Of a stretch of 64,000 bases of DNA, positions 48,362-57,478 are shown one piece after another. Numbering within the stretch: the stretch's first letter is position 1; the number at the start of each line of letters is the position of its first letter. The position numbers and the translations under genes were made by a program. The stretch is from Pseudomonadota bacterium (GTDB lineage: Bacteria; Bdellovibrionota_B; Oligoflexia; Oligoflexales; RGVZ01), in assembly GCA_041178085.1 (NCBI GenBank), contig JBEGVZ010000006.1:19115-83114 (forward strand), given 5' to 3'. The notes under the pieces are model-generated. The model saw nothing but the letters and a program-made list of their open reading frames with translations. It was not told where the DNA came from and made no database searches.

Positions 48362-49315
48362 TCAGTTGTTCTCACCTATTTGATTGTTTGACCGCCGCGC
48401 CCCCAGGGCGGCGGTCATTGAACCACCGACAACAAGGACAACGCCGGCAAGAAGCAAGGGTGTCATCGCTCCTGCTGCCACGTCTGCGGCAAAATAGGTA
48501 ATCACCGGGGTCAAGGCAAGCACTGCACTTACGCGGGTTGCGTCCCAGCGTTTGACCGCCTCTGCAAAACATCCGTAGGCAATCACTGTATTTACGCAGC
48601 AAAAGAGTAGCGTCCACCACTGGAAGCTCCCCTTGAGACCCAACACCTGAGACGGGTTTGCGAGGGGTAACAAAATGATCGTTGCGCCGGCGTATCCGCA
48701 AAGAAGGATGAAGGAGCTGGGAAAGCGCGCCACGAGAAGCTTCTGAATCAAGGCATAAAGGGCCCAGGCAAGAGCGGCCAAAACGACAAGCCAGACACCG
48801 GTCCCCTGCTGTGCAACTCCGCCAGCGGCAGAACCATCAACTCCCCGAACTGACATTTGCCCACTATAAAAAAGCCAGAAGCCACTGATCATGACCAGAA
48901 ATCCAGTCACTTGGCGACGTCGGATGGATTCCGAGAAAAACAACCAGCTACCCAGGGCAAGAAAGAATGGACCAAGCTGAATGGTCACCTGCGCAAGAGG
49001 TGGAGCGACCAGATCTAAACCCGCAAGGAAAAGCCAGTAATTTGCTGCTAGCGCCAGAGCCACTCCGCATAGATAGCCAATGTTCTTGCGGGAGAATGAT
49101 TTCGATGGCGGCCAACTGCGGGTCACGAGGTAAAACCCGCCGACGGTCACCGTGGCAAAAACAAAACGGATCCATGTGATCGTCACCGGGTCGATCACCT
49201 CCAAGACACGCTTGAGGGCGACGGGCAGCGTTCCCCACATGGTCGCAGTGACGATGCTCAAGGTGAGGCCCGCACTATTTCCACGTGAAGTCTTCTTTGC
49301 TGATCGAGCATTCAA
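48362..49315 (-). CDS. EamA/DMT family transporter
   Basis: MWGTLPVALK, TWIRF, about 10 TMs in two repeats. Confidence 0.9.
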   Translation of the reverse strand: MNARSAKKTSRGNSAGLTLSIVTATMWGTLPVALKRVLEVIDPVTITWIRFVFATVTVGGFYLVTRSWPPSKSFSRKNIGYLCGVALALAANYWLFLAGLDLVAPPLAQVTIQLGPFFLALGSWLFFSESIRRRQVTGFLVMISGFWLFYSGQMSVRGVDGSAAGGVAQQGTGVWLVVLAALAWALYALIQKLLVARFPSSFILLCGYAGATIILLPLANPSQVLGLKGSFQWWTLLFCCVNTVIAYGCFAEAVKRWDATRVSAVLALTPVITYFAADVAAGAMTPLLLAGVVLVVGGSMTAALGARRSNNQIGENN

Positions 49316-50025
49316 GGGGACGTTCTCCGTCTGCGGGTCATGAAAGCAAAAGCACCAAAGGCACAGAGAAGACAGGCCGCGGCTACTAATTGCGGGGGCG
49401 AGAACTCCAAACCAGAAACGTGCAGAGGCGGCCCGCGCCAGTCAGCGCGGAAAGGCTCTGTGGCGAGCCTCATGCATGCATAAAGCACGACCCCATAAAG
49501 CCCACGCTGCCCAGCTTCACGGCATTTCAGGTTCACGAGGACAACAAAGCCGGCCAAACAAATTGATGACTCGATCAATTGAACGGGAAAACCGCCCATC
49601 CATCCATAATCATCGCCGTTCAGAAAGCACCCAAGCCTTCCGATGCCAAAGGCAATGAGAGCAGCCGACACACCTGCGTCAACAAGAACCCCCAACCTGA
49701 GTCCAAGTGCCAGCGTCATCACGACAAAGCCGGTTGCACCGGCAAGGATTCCACCTGAGGATGACATCGCAACAGACTGAAAAAGAGAAAACTGCCTTGC
49801 CGGCGAGGGGAAGCCTTCAAATAGCGTTGGCCACAAAATTGCGCCGGCCATCATCCAAAGGTAAGACCCGGCGAATACCATCAAGATGCTTCCGCTTGAA
49901 ATGGCTGGCTTCGCCCTGCGAAGAAGCCCGTAGAAGGCCAAGGCCGCAGAGATTCCCCCCAGCGCAAAAAAAATGTGCCATGAAGACCATGGCACACCCA
50001 TCCATTCAAAAAGCACCGGCCGCAT
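49312..50025 (-). CDS. Prolipoprotein diacylglyceryl transferase family protein (divergent)
   Basis: MRPVLF, GRLGCFLNGDDYG, PVQLIES, RLATEPFR. Confidence 0.75.
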   Translation of the reverse strand: MRPVLFEWMGVPWSSWHIFFALGGISAALAFYGLLRRAKPAISSGSILMVFAGSYLWMMAGAILWPTLFEGFPSPARQFSLFQSVAMSSSGGILAGATGFVVMTLALGLRLGVLVDAGVSAALIAFGIGRLGCFLNGDDYGWMGGFPVQLIESSICLAGFVVLVNLKCREAGQRGLYGVVLYACMRLATEPFRADWRGPPLHVSGLEFSPPQLVAAACLLCAFGAFAFMTRRRRTSP

Positions 50026-50036
50026 TCTGCGCCGCC

Positions 50037-51527
50037 TTATTTGCGAGCAACCTCGGTTGCCGCACGATTCAAACGTTCCATCGCAACCCCGGGCAGGACC
50101 GTCCCGAGCAGGATTGTGGCGATCACGGCAAAAGCCATCACGCCAGAATTGACGCTGAAAATCCGCGATACGGGTCGTATCGCACCGAAGGGCGCACCCG
50201 CAGATTCACCCATGTACATGCGGACAACCAGGCGCAAGTAGTAGAAGAGTGAAATGGAGCTGCCGATGACGCCGACCACCACGAGGCCGTACAGGTGGTT
50301 GTTCAGTGCGGCGTTGAATACAAAAAACTTCCCGATAAACCCCGCCGTCGGCGGCATGCCGCCAAAGCTGAACATGAATACCGTCAAAGCCAATGCGACC
50401 CAGGGGCTCTTTTTGGAAAGTCCAGACAGGTCGTCAACGGTCAGTTGGTCATTCTCAGCGGTCTCCAGGGCCATCAAAACGCCAAAGGCACCAAGAGAGA
50501 CGATCACATAGGTGAGCAGGTAGAAGAGGATGGCTCGAACGGGGAGCGTCGCGCCAGCAGCCGAAAGCGCAACAATTGCCACCGCCATGTAACCGCTGTG
50601 GGCGATCGAAGAGTATGCCAGCATCCGCTTCAGGTTGGTCTGCACAAGAGCCATGACGTTTCCGACAATCATCGAAAGAGCCGCCAGAACAATGAAGCCA
50701 GGCTGCCATACGTCATCCATGCTAACAGCCGCTGCCGTGAACATGCGTAGCGCAACAACCAAGACCATCACTTTCACCGTCGTAGCCATGAAGGCCGTGA
50801 TTCCGGTTGGTGCTGACTCGTATGCATCGGGGGCCCACATGTGGAACGGGACAAGAGCCATCTTGAAACCAATTCCGGCCAAAACAAGCATACCGCCCAG
50901 TTGTGCCCATCCGTGATTTGCCACCGCTGGCAATGCGGCCACCATTTCACTCAGTCGCAATGTGCCGCAAGCGGCATAAAGAAGCGCAAAACCAAACAGC
51001 AAAATCGCCGCGCCCACCGAACCCAGGATGAAATACTTGATCGCACCTTCCTGGCTGCGACGGTTCGGCTGGATGTAACCAAGCACCACGTAAAGGCCAA
51101 TGGAAGCGAGCTCAAGGCCGACAAAGAGCGTGACAACATCGTCACTGGCCACCATCACCAGCATGCCAGACAGCAGCATGAGAAAAATGCTGGCCACTTC
51201 ACCGCGGAAGAAGGCCTTGGCGATGTGATGCTCCCGCATCATCAAGCAAACCACCAACGCAACAGCAAGGATCAGGATCACACCGAACCGGGAAAGAGCG
51301 CCACTCAGCAGCGCACCGGCGACAAAATCCTGCAGGCTGCCCGGCATGGCAAGCCCGGCCAACAGAGCTGCAGCAATTGAACCCGTGGTGACGAGTTCAA
51401 CGGCACCTTGTCCGGAAATCGGCTTGAAGACCGACTGCATAAGCGCAACAAGGCTACCCGCAACGAGGATCAGTACGGGAGCCGCAACCAGGTAAAATGC
51501 TGAATCAAACACAGGGAAACTGAACAC
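50037..51527 (-). CDS. nuoN: NADH-quinone oxidoreductase subunit N
   Basis: EGAIKYF, FKMALVPFHMWAPDAY, KRMLAYSSIAH, GMPPTAGF. Confidence 0.95.
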   Translation of the reverse strand: MFSFPVFDSAFYLVAAPVLILVAGSLVALMQSVFKPISGQGAVELVTTGSIAAALLAGLAMPGSLQDFVAGALLSGALSRFGVILILAVALVVCLMMREHHIAKAFFRGEVASIFLMLLSGMLVMVASDDVVTLFVGLELASIGLYVVLGYIQPNRRSQEGAIKYFILGSVGAAILLFGFALLYAACGTLRLSEMVAALPAVANHGWAQLGGMLVLAGIGFKMALVPFHMWAPDAYESAPTGITAFMATTVKVMVLVVALRMFTAAAVSMDDVWQPGFIVLAALSMIVGNVMALVQTNLKRMLAYSSIAHSGYMAVAIVALSAAGATLPVRAILFYLLTYVIVSLGAFGVLMALETAENDQLTVDDLSGLSKKSPWVALALTVFMFSFGGMPPTAGFIGKFFVFNAALNNHLYGLVVVGVIGSSISLFYYLRLVVRMYMGESAGAPFGAIRPVSRIFSVNSGVMAFAVIATILLGTVLPGVAMERLNRAATEVARK

Positions 51528-51539
51528 AAGACACCTCTC

Positions 51540-53075
51540 TCAGTGGCCCTCAACGCCAAGGCTGTAGCTTTTGTAGTTACGTGCAAGATGATCGATCGAT
51601 GCCCTGGTCTTGTTGAGAAAGAAATCAGGGAATATCCCCATTACAATGACCAGGATCGCTAGCGGTGCCAGATAAGCGAATTCAATTGGCGTCAAATCCT
51701 TGAGCGACTTGTTTTCTTCATGTTTCACGGGCCCGAAGAGGATCTGGCGGCAAAGCGTCAGCATGTAAATCGCCCCCAGCAAGACCCCGGTCGCGGCAAG
51801 GACACCAGCCAGCGGCGAAGCCTGGAACGTGCCAAGGAGAATCAGGAATTCACCAACAAATCCGCCGGTGCCAGGCAAGCCAACAGAACCAAGCGTCGCC
51901 ACGATCAGCATTACCGCAAACCATGGCATGACTGATGCCAGGCCACCGAAATCGGCGAGCATGCGGGTGTGGCGGCGCTCGTAGATGACCCCGACCAGGA
52001 GGAACAACGCCCCGGTCGACACACCGTGATTGATCATCTGGTAAAGCGCGCCTGTAAGGCCTTCGCTGGACAAGGTGCCGTCAGCCAGGATCGCAACCGA
52101 TCCGATGACGACAAAGCCAAGGTGAGACACAGAGGAGTAGGCAACCAGCTTCTTGGCATCCTTCTGAACCCAGGCCGTCAGCGCACCATAGATGATGCCA
52201 ACGATGCCAAGGAAGATCAGCACGGGTGCAAACGTCTGCAGTGCCAGCGGAAAGAGGGGGATGGCAAAGCGCAGGAAGCCGTATGTTCCCATTTTGAGCA
52301 ACACACCAGCCAGGATCACAGAACCGGCTGTGGGGGCTTCGACGTGGGCATCGGGCAACCAGGTGTGGAAAGGCCACATCGGGACTTTAATCGCAAAGGC
52401 CAAGGCAAACGCGGCAAACATCCACATCTGGGTTCGTGGATCCAGCGAAACACTGTAAAGGTCAAGCAGGCTGGTCGAATAAATACCCGTCTGCCGGTAG
52501 TAGTTCAGGTAGAGGGCAATTGCCGCCGCGAGCATCAACAAGGATCCCACCACCGTGTAGAGAATGAACTTGGTGGTGGCATAAATCCGGCGCGCGCCAC
52601 CCCAGATGCCAATGATGAAGTACATCGGGATCAGCATCGCTTCCCAGAAGACGTAAAAGAAAACGAGGTCTACAGCGACCAGGGCGCCAATCATTCCCGT
52701 CTGCAGGGCCATGATCAGCCCAATGTACTGGCGAAGGTGCTTGTAGTGGCTGTTCCAAAGGCTGAGCAGGACAAGAGGCATGAGCGCCGTGGTCAGCATG
52801 ACCAGAAGCAGGCTGATGCCATCGATGCCAAAAATCGCCCGGACACCGAATTCCTGCATCCAAATGTAGCTTTCAACAAACTGCAACTTGGCCGAAGCCG
52901 GGTCGAAGTAGTGCCACACGTGAAGGCTGAAAAGGAACGTGAGGATCGACCCGCCGAGGGCCGCGGTTCTGGCGAAATTCTCCCCCGGGACAAGAAAAAT
53001 CGCAGCCGAAACCAGCAGCGGGAAAAATGTCAGGATGCTCAGGATGTGCGAGTTGAACCATTCCATTTGAATCAT
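51540..53075 (-). CDS. nuoM: NADH-quinone oxidoreductase subunit M
   Basis: FWEAMLIP, IKVPMWPFHTWLPDAHVEAPT, AYSSVSH. Confidence 0.96.
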   Translation of the reverse strand: MIQMEWFNSHILSILTFFPLLVSAAIFLVPGENFARTAALGGSILTFLFSLHVWHYFDPASAKLQFVESYIWMQEFGVRAIFGIDGISLLLVMLTTALMPLVLLSLWNSHYKHLRQYIGLIMALQTGMIGALVAVDLVFFYVFWEAMLIPMYFIIGIWGGARRIYATTKFILYTVVGSLLMLAAAIALYLNYYRQTGIYSTSLLDLYSVSLDPRTQMWMFAAFALAFAIKVPMWPFHTWLPDAHVEAPTAGSVILAGVLLKMGTYGFLRFAIPLFPLALQTFAPVLIFLGIVGIIYGALTAWVQKDAKKLVAYSSVSHLGFVVIGSVAILADGTLSSEGLTGALYQMINHGVSTGALFLLVGVIYERRHTRMLADFGGLASVMPWFAVMLIVATLGSVGLPGTGGFVGEFLILLGTFQASPLAGVLAATGVLLGAIYMLTLCRQILFGPVKHEENKSLKDLTPIEFAYLAPLAILVIVMGIFPDFFLNKTRASIDHLARNYKSYSLGVEGH

Positions 53076-53136
53076 TCCACCAATTTAATTCGTTCCATCA
53101 GGTGCGCATGCCAAAAAATATCAGTGCGTCCGCAAA

Positions 53137-55059
53137 TCAAGTCACCAGCACCACCAGGAGCACCACGAGCCCCATGACCAGCACCATGCCGTGACGGTGT
53201 ACGCTGCCAGTCATCCGGAAGCTGGCAAGTCCCCCAGCCAACGCACATAGCTGGCCGACGCCATTAACGATCCCATCGATCACGACAACGTCAATGATTC
53301 CCCAGAGGAACGCAGACATGTCACGGAGCGGCTGTACGATCCAGGCGTCGTAAATCTCGTCCACGTAGTACTTGTTGGACAGCATGTCGTATGCGCCCTT
53401 GAAGCGGGACTGCAGGCCGGAAAGGACCGCGGCCGGACCGCGCGAATAGAGCGCCACTGCCAGGCCGGATGCCACAAACATGATGCCGACCGAACCCGCC
53501 ATGAGTCCGATCTCAAGTGAATGTGAGTGATGTTCCGCCATGAACGCCCAGTGTTCCGCGGCTTGCTGCGGCACCATCATGACTGGGTCCAGGTAGTGAT
53601 GAAACAAGTTGTGGCCACCAAGAACCTCAGGAACCCCGAGGTAGCCGACTCCAGCGCTGAGCAGTGCAAGGACCACGAGCGGCGCCCACATGAGAGCCGG
53701 AGTCTCGTGCAAGTGTTCGCGGGTGTGATGGTCGCTGCGGTTTGGACCGTAGAACGTAAGGCAAAGCAAACGCACCATATAGAAGGAGGTCATTCCAGCG
53801 GTCACTGCACCCAAGCCCCACATCAGCGGGCCACCACCAACGAAGGTCTTCCAGAGGATCTCGTCTTTCGAAAAGAAGCCAGACAAACCAGGAAACCCGA
53901 TGATCGCAAGGACTCCAACCAGGAATACCCCATGGGTAACTGGCATGTATTTGCGCAAGCCGCCCATCTCTTGCATGTCCTGCTTGTGATGCATGGCAAC
54001 GATCACGCTACCAGCACCAAGGAACAAAAGAGCCTTGAAACAGGCGTGGGTCAGCAGGTGGAAGACACCGGCATCAAATGCGCCGACGCCGCACGCCATC
54101 ACCATGTAGCCAAGCTGGCTTACGGTCGAGTAGGCGAGAACCTTCTTGATGTCATTCTGGACAAGGGCGATGGTCGCAGCAAAAAACGCGGTCAGCCCGC
54201 CCACAACGGCTACCACCTGCATCGTGCCGGGTGACAGGAAGTAAAGGAAGTTGACGCGGGTCATCATGTAAATTCCGGCGGTCACCATGGTCGCGGCGTG
54301 GATGAGCGCTGACACCGGGGTCGGACCTGCCATCGCATCCGGCAACCATACATAGAGCGGCAACTGTGCAGACTTGCCGCAGGCCCCGATGAACAGGCAG
54401 AGGGTAATCCACCCGACCGCACCGAGCTTTACTGCGTCAAGCGCGCCACTGCCGATCATATCGCGCAGTTCCGAGAAGGAAACTGTGCCGAAATGCTTGA
54501 AGGTCAGGAAAATGCCGAGCAAAAAACCGATGTCACCGATCCGGTTTACGATAAAGGCCTTCATGCCTGCCGCCGCGTTGGCGTCGTCCTGAAACCAGTA
54601 ACCAATGAGAAGGTAACTGCAAAGACCGACCCCCTCCCAACCGACGAACATGACCAGCATGTTATCGCCCAGGACCAGGAGCAACATCATGAATACGAAA
54701 AGGTTCAGGTAGGAAAAGAAGCGGCTCGTACGCTCCTCTTCGTGCATGTAGCCGCCGGCATAAATGTGGATCAGCGAGCCGATACCCGTGACGATCAGGA
54801 TCATGAGACCCGAGAGACGGTCAAGAATCAGGTTGAACGGTGCGGAAAAACCACCGGCCGAGATCCACGGGAAGCCCCGGATCACCTGCGCCTGCCCGCC
54901 AGCTTCCATGAATTGCTTGAAAGTGAGGGCCGCGCAGACAAAGGACGCCAGCATCGCGGCAACGGCAATGGCGTGGGATGCCGCCTTGGGGGCCTTGCGA
55001 AACACCAGGCCATTCAGTGCTGCGCCAATCAACGGGAAAAGGATCATCCACCAGATCAT
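53137..55059 (-). CDS. nuoL: NADH-quinone oxidoreductase subunit L
   Basis: GWEGVG, NRIGD, KSAQLPLYVWLPDAMAGPTPVSALIHAATM, FFSKD. Confidence 0.96.
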   Translation of the reverse strand: MIWWMILFPLIGAALNGLVFRKAPKAASHAIAVAAMLASFVCAALTFKQFMEAGGQAQVIRGFPWISAGGFSAPFNLILDRLSGLMILIVTGIGSLIHIYAGGYMHEEERTSRFFSYLNLFVFMMLLLVLGDNMLVMFVGWEGVGLCSYLLIGYWFQDDANAAAGMKAFIVNRIGDIGFLLGIFLTFKHFGTVSFSELRDMIGSGALDAVKLGAVGWITLCLFIGACGKSAQLPLYVWLPDAMAGPTPVSALIHAATMVTAGIYMMTRVNFLYFLSPGTMQVVAVVGGLTAFFAATIALVQNDIKKVLAYSTVSQLGYMVMACGVGAFDAGVFHLLTHACFKALLFLGAGSVIVAMHHKQDMQEMGGLRKYMPVTHGVFLVGVLAIIGFPGLSGFFSKDEILWKTFVGGGPLMWGLGAVTAGMTSFYMVRLLCLTFYGPNRSDHHTREHLHETPALMWAPLVVLALLSAGVGYLGVPEVLGGHNLFHHYLDPVMMVPQQAAEHWAFMAEHHSHSLEIGLMAGSVGIMFVASGLAVALYSRGPAAVLSGLQSRFKGAYDMLSNKYYVDEIYDAWIVQPLRDMSAFLWGIIDVVVIDGIVNGVGQLCALAGGLASFRMTGSVHRHGMVLVMGLVVLLVVLVT

Positions 55060-55084
55060 CAGTCACATCTCCTCGGGGTAGCGC

Positions 55085-55390
55085 TTAGCCGCGCAGCAAA
55101 CGCAAGAAATCCGTGTTCACAGTCCCGTAACGTCGGAACAGGGCTATCACCATTGCGAGCCCCACCGCCGCCTCACAGGCCGCTACCGTAATCACGAAAA
55201 GAACCATCACTTGTCCGTCGACCTGGCCAAGCTGGCGGGAGGCTGCGACGAAAATGATGTTGACCGCATTGAGCATCAACTCAATCGACATCAATACCAT
55301 GATCAAATTACGGCGGAACATGACTCCCAACAAACCGCACAGGAACATGAATGACGAAAGCAGGAAGTAATTCTCAACTGGAACTGACAT
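55085..55390 (-). CDS. nuoK: NADH-quinone oxidoreductase subunit K
   Basis: RRNLI, IELMLNAVN, AACEAAVGL. Confidence 0.96.
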   Translation of the reverse strand: MSVPVENYFLLSSFMFLCGLLGVMFRRNLIMVLMSIELMLNAVNIIFVAASRQLGQVDGQVMVLFVITVAACEAAVGLAMVIALFRRYGTVNTDFLRLLRG

Positions 55391-55393
55391 AGG

Positions 55394-55969
55394 CTACCTC
55401 CCTGCCCCGGCTTTGAGATTGTGTTTCCCCGATTCCGGCTTCTCCTTGCGGGCCACCATGACACACGCCACGATCGCGAGCAGGATCAGAATCGACGCAA
55501 TCTCAAACGGCCAAAGGAATGACGTGAACATCCGCATGGCGAGCACGTGTGTATTGCCGCCAGCTTCTTCAATGGCGGCAACTGACAATGGGCCGGCAGG
55601 GAGCCCCTCAGGCACCGGGCTGGCAAGTTCAGCGCCGATGATGACAAAACCGATCAGGGTCACCAGCAGCACCACCGCTTCACCCACCGAAAAGCGAATG
55701 CCACGCAGCGCATCTGGCTTCAGATTGAGGAGCATGATCACGAATACAAAAAGGACGACGATGGCGCCGGCGTAAACCAGGACCTGAATCGCCGCCGTGA
55801 AGTGGGCGTCAAGCTTGGCATAGAGCGCAGCCACGAAAAACAAATCCAAGACGAGAAAGATGGCGCTGGTGACAGGGTTCCTGCTGGTCACAACCATCAG
55901 CGATGAGATCGCAACCAGGCCGGCCAGAAGGTAAAACATCAATTGAGGAATGGCGTATAAAGCGTCCAC
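55394..55969 (-). CDS. nuoJ: NADH-quinone oxidoreductase subunit J
   Basis: NPVTSA, QVLVYAGAIVVLFVFVIMLL, PFEIAS. Confidence 0.95.
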   Translation of the reverse strand: MDALYAIPQLMFYLLAGLVAISSLMVVTSRNPVTSAIFLVLDLFFVAALYAKLDAHFTAAIQVLVYAGAIVVLFVFVIMLLNLKPDALRGIRFSVGEAVVLLVTLIGFVIIGAELASPVPEGLPAGPLSVAAIEEAGGNTHVLAMRMFTSFLWPFEIASILILLAIVACVMVARKEKPESGKHNLKAGAGR

Positions 55970-55977
55970 GAATACCT

Positions 55978-57093
55978 CTACCTGAAACGCAGGACGGCAA
56001 GGACAACTGCCGTGCCGACAATATTTGCAAGCCCGATCGGGAGCATGAATTTCCAGCCAAGCGACATCAGCTGGTCATAGCGGAAGCGCGGCAGGGTCCA
56101 GCGAACCCAGATGTAAACCCACATAAAGAAGGTTGCCTTGAGCACCAACATGATGTGACAGACGATTGCGGCCAGGTTGACCGACCCACCCATCAGCGCC
56201 ACCACGGTATCGTATTTGACGAAGGGCACTTGCCAGCCGCCGAAGAAAACTGTCGCAGCAAGGCAGGACAGGACAAACATGGAAACGTATTCGCCAAGGA
56301 AAAACGCAGCAAACTTCGCGGAGTTGTATTCGGTGTGAAATCCAGCGACGAGCTCGCTCTCGCCCTCTGCAAGGTCAAATGGCGCGCGGTTGGTTTCTGC
56401 AAACATGCAAACCAGGAAAAGCAGGAACGAGAACGGGGCCGAGAAAACCCCCCACTGGAAAAAGGTCGACTGGGCCTTGACGATGTCGCCCAAATCCAGC
56501 GTCCCGTAAATCAGAACGATCGGGATAAGCGACATGCCCAGCGGAATTTCGTAGCTGATCATCTGGGCCGATGCACGAAGCGAACCGAGGAGAGAATACT
56601 TGTTGTTACTGGCCCAACCGGCCAGTGTCACGCCATACACGGCAAGGCTGGCAATCGCGAAAATAAAAAGAAACCCGACGTCAACCCTCACGACACTAAG
56701 CGGAATCACATAACCGAACAGGTTCAGGTCCGGCCCATACGGGATCGCGCAGGCCACCAGAAACGCCGGAAAAACACAGAATACCGGGGCAAGATGGTAG
56801 AAGACCTTGTGCGCACCATCGGGGACCACTTCTTCCTTGAAGATCAACTTAACGGTGTCGGCCAGAGACTGGAGCAATCCGTAAAGGCGGAACTTGAAAA
56901 TCCCCACCCGGTTGGGACCCCGCCGGCGCTGCATCAGCGCGGGAACGCGACGCTCGATCCAGACAAGAAGTGGCGGCAGCTGCAAAAGCCCGCCTGCCAG
57001 CAATGCAAACTTGACGACGAATGCCACGAGGTCGACAGTGAACTGGTTCCACTGCAGCCATTCCACGTTCAAACCCAATTCGTTAAGACCCAT
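55978..57093 (-). CDS. nuoH: NADH-quinone oxidoreductase subunit H
   Basis: ERR..A.MQRRRGPNRVG, LRASAQMISYE, ETNRAPFDLAEGESEL, TLPRFRYDQLM; start may be 57108 (GTG) or 57093 (ATG). Confidence 0.95.
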   Translation of the reverse strand: MGLNELGLNVEWLQWNQFTVDLVAFVVKFALLAGGLLQLPPLLVWIERRVPALMQRRRGPNRVGIFKFRLYGLLQSLADTVKLIFKEEVVPDGAHKVFYHLAPVFCVFPAFLVACAIPYGPDLNLFGYVIPLSVVRVDVGFLFIFAIASLAVYGVTLAGWASNNKYSLLGSLRASAQMISYEIPLGMSLIPIVLIYGTLDLGDIVKAQSTFFQWGVFSAPFSFLLFLVCMFAETNRAPFDLAEGESELVAGFHTEYNSAKFAAFFLGEYVSMFVLSCLAATVFFGGWQVPFVKYDTVVALMGGSVNLAAIVCHIMLVLKATFFMWVYIWVRWTLPRFRYDQLMSLGWKFMLPIGLANIVGTAVVLAVLRFR

Positions 57094-57098
57094 AGCGT

Positions 57099-57452
57099 TC
57101 AATCCCACTCAAGTGCGCCGCGCCGGACGACGTAAACGTAACCAACCACAAGGATCAAGACGAATACCGCGACTTCCACAAGCCCCAACCAGCCAAGCTG
57201 GTCAAAAGTCTTTGCCCACAGGTAAAGGAAGACGGTTTCGATGTCGAACAAGATGAAAAGAATAGCGGTCAGGTAGAACTTGACGCTCATCTTTTCATCG
57301 GCGGACGTGACCTTTGGGACCCCGCACTCATAAGGGTCCATCTTTTCGCGGACGTATTTTTTGGGGCCAAAGAAGTAGGCCAGTCCGGAAAGGATGGAAC
57401 CAAGTACGACACCAAAGATTAAAACAACGAGAACTGGTATATATGGATTCAT
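57099..57452 (-). CDS. nuoA: NADH-quinone oxidoreductase subunit A
   Basis: PYECG, KFYLTAILFILFDIE, GALEW. Confidence 0.95.
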   Translation of the reverse strand: MNPYIPVLVVLIFGVVLGSILSGLAYFFGPKKYVREKMDPYECGVPKVTSADEKMSVKFYLTAILFILFDIETVFLYLWAKTFDQLGWLGLVEVAVFVLILVVGYVYVVRRGALEWD

Positions 57453-57478
57453 AACCCTCTGCCCTGAAGGAGAGTGCG

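Noticed and set aside
51969..53177. 402-aa plus-strand ORF
   Set aside because: Antisense shadow of nuoM, with no recognisable motifs; expected from codon bias in GC-rich hydrophobic genes
55903..57135. 410-aa plus-strand ORF
   Set aside because: Antisense shadow of nuoH
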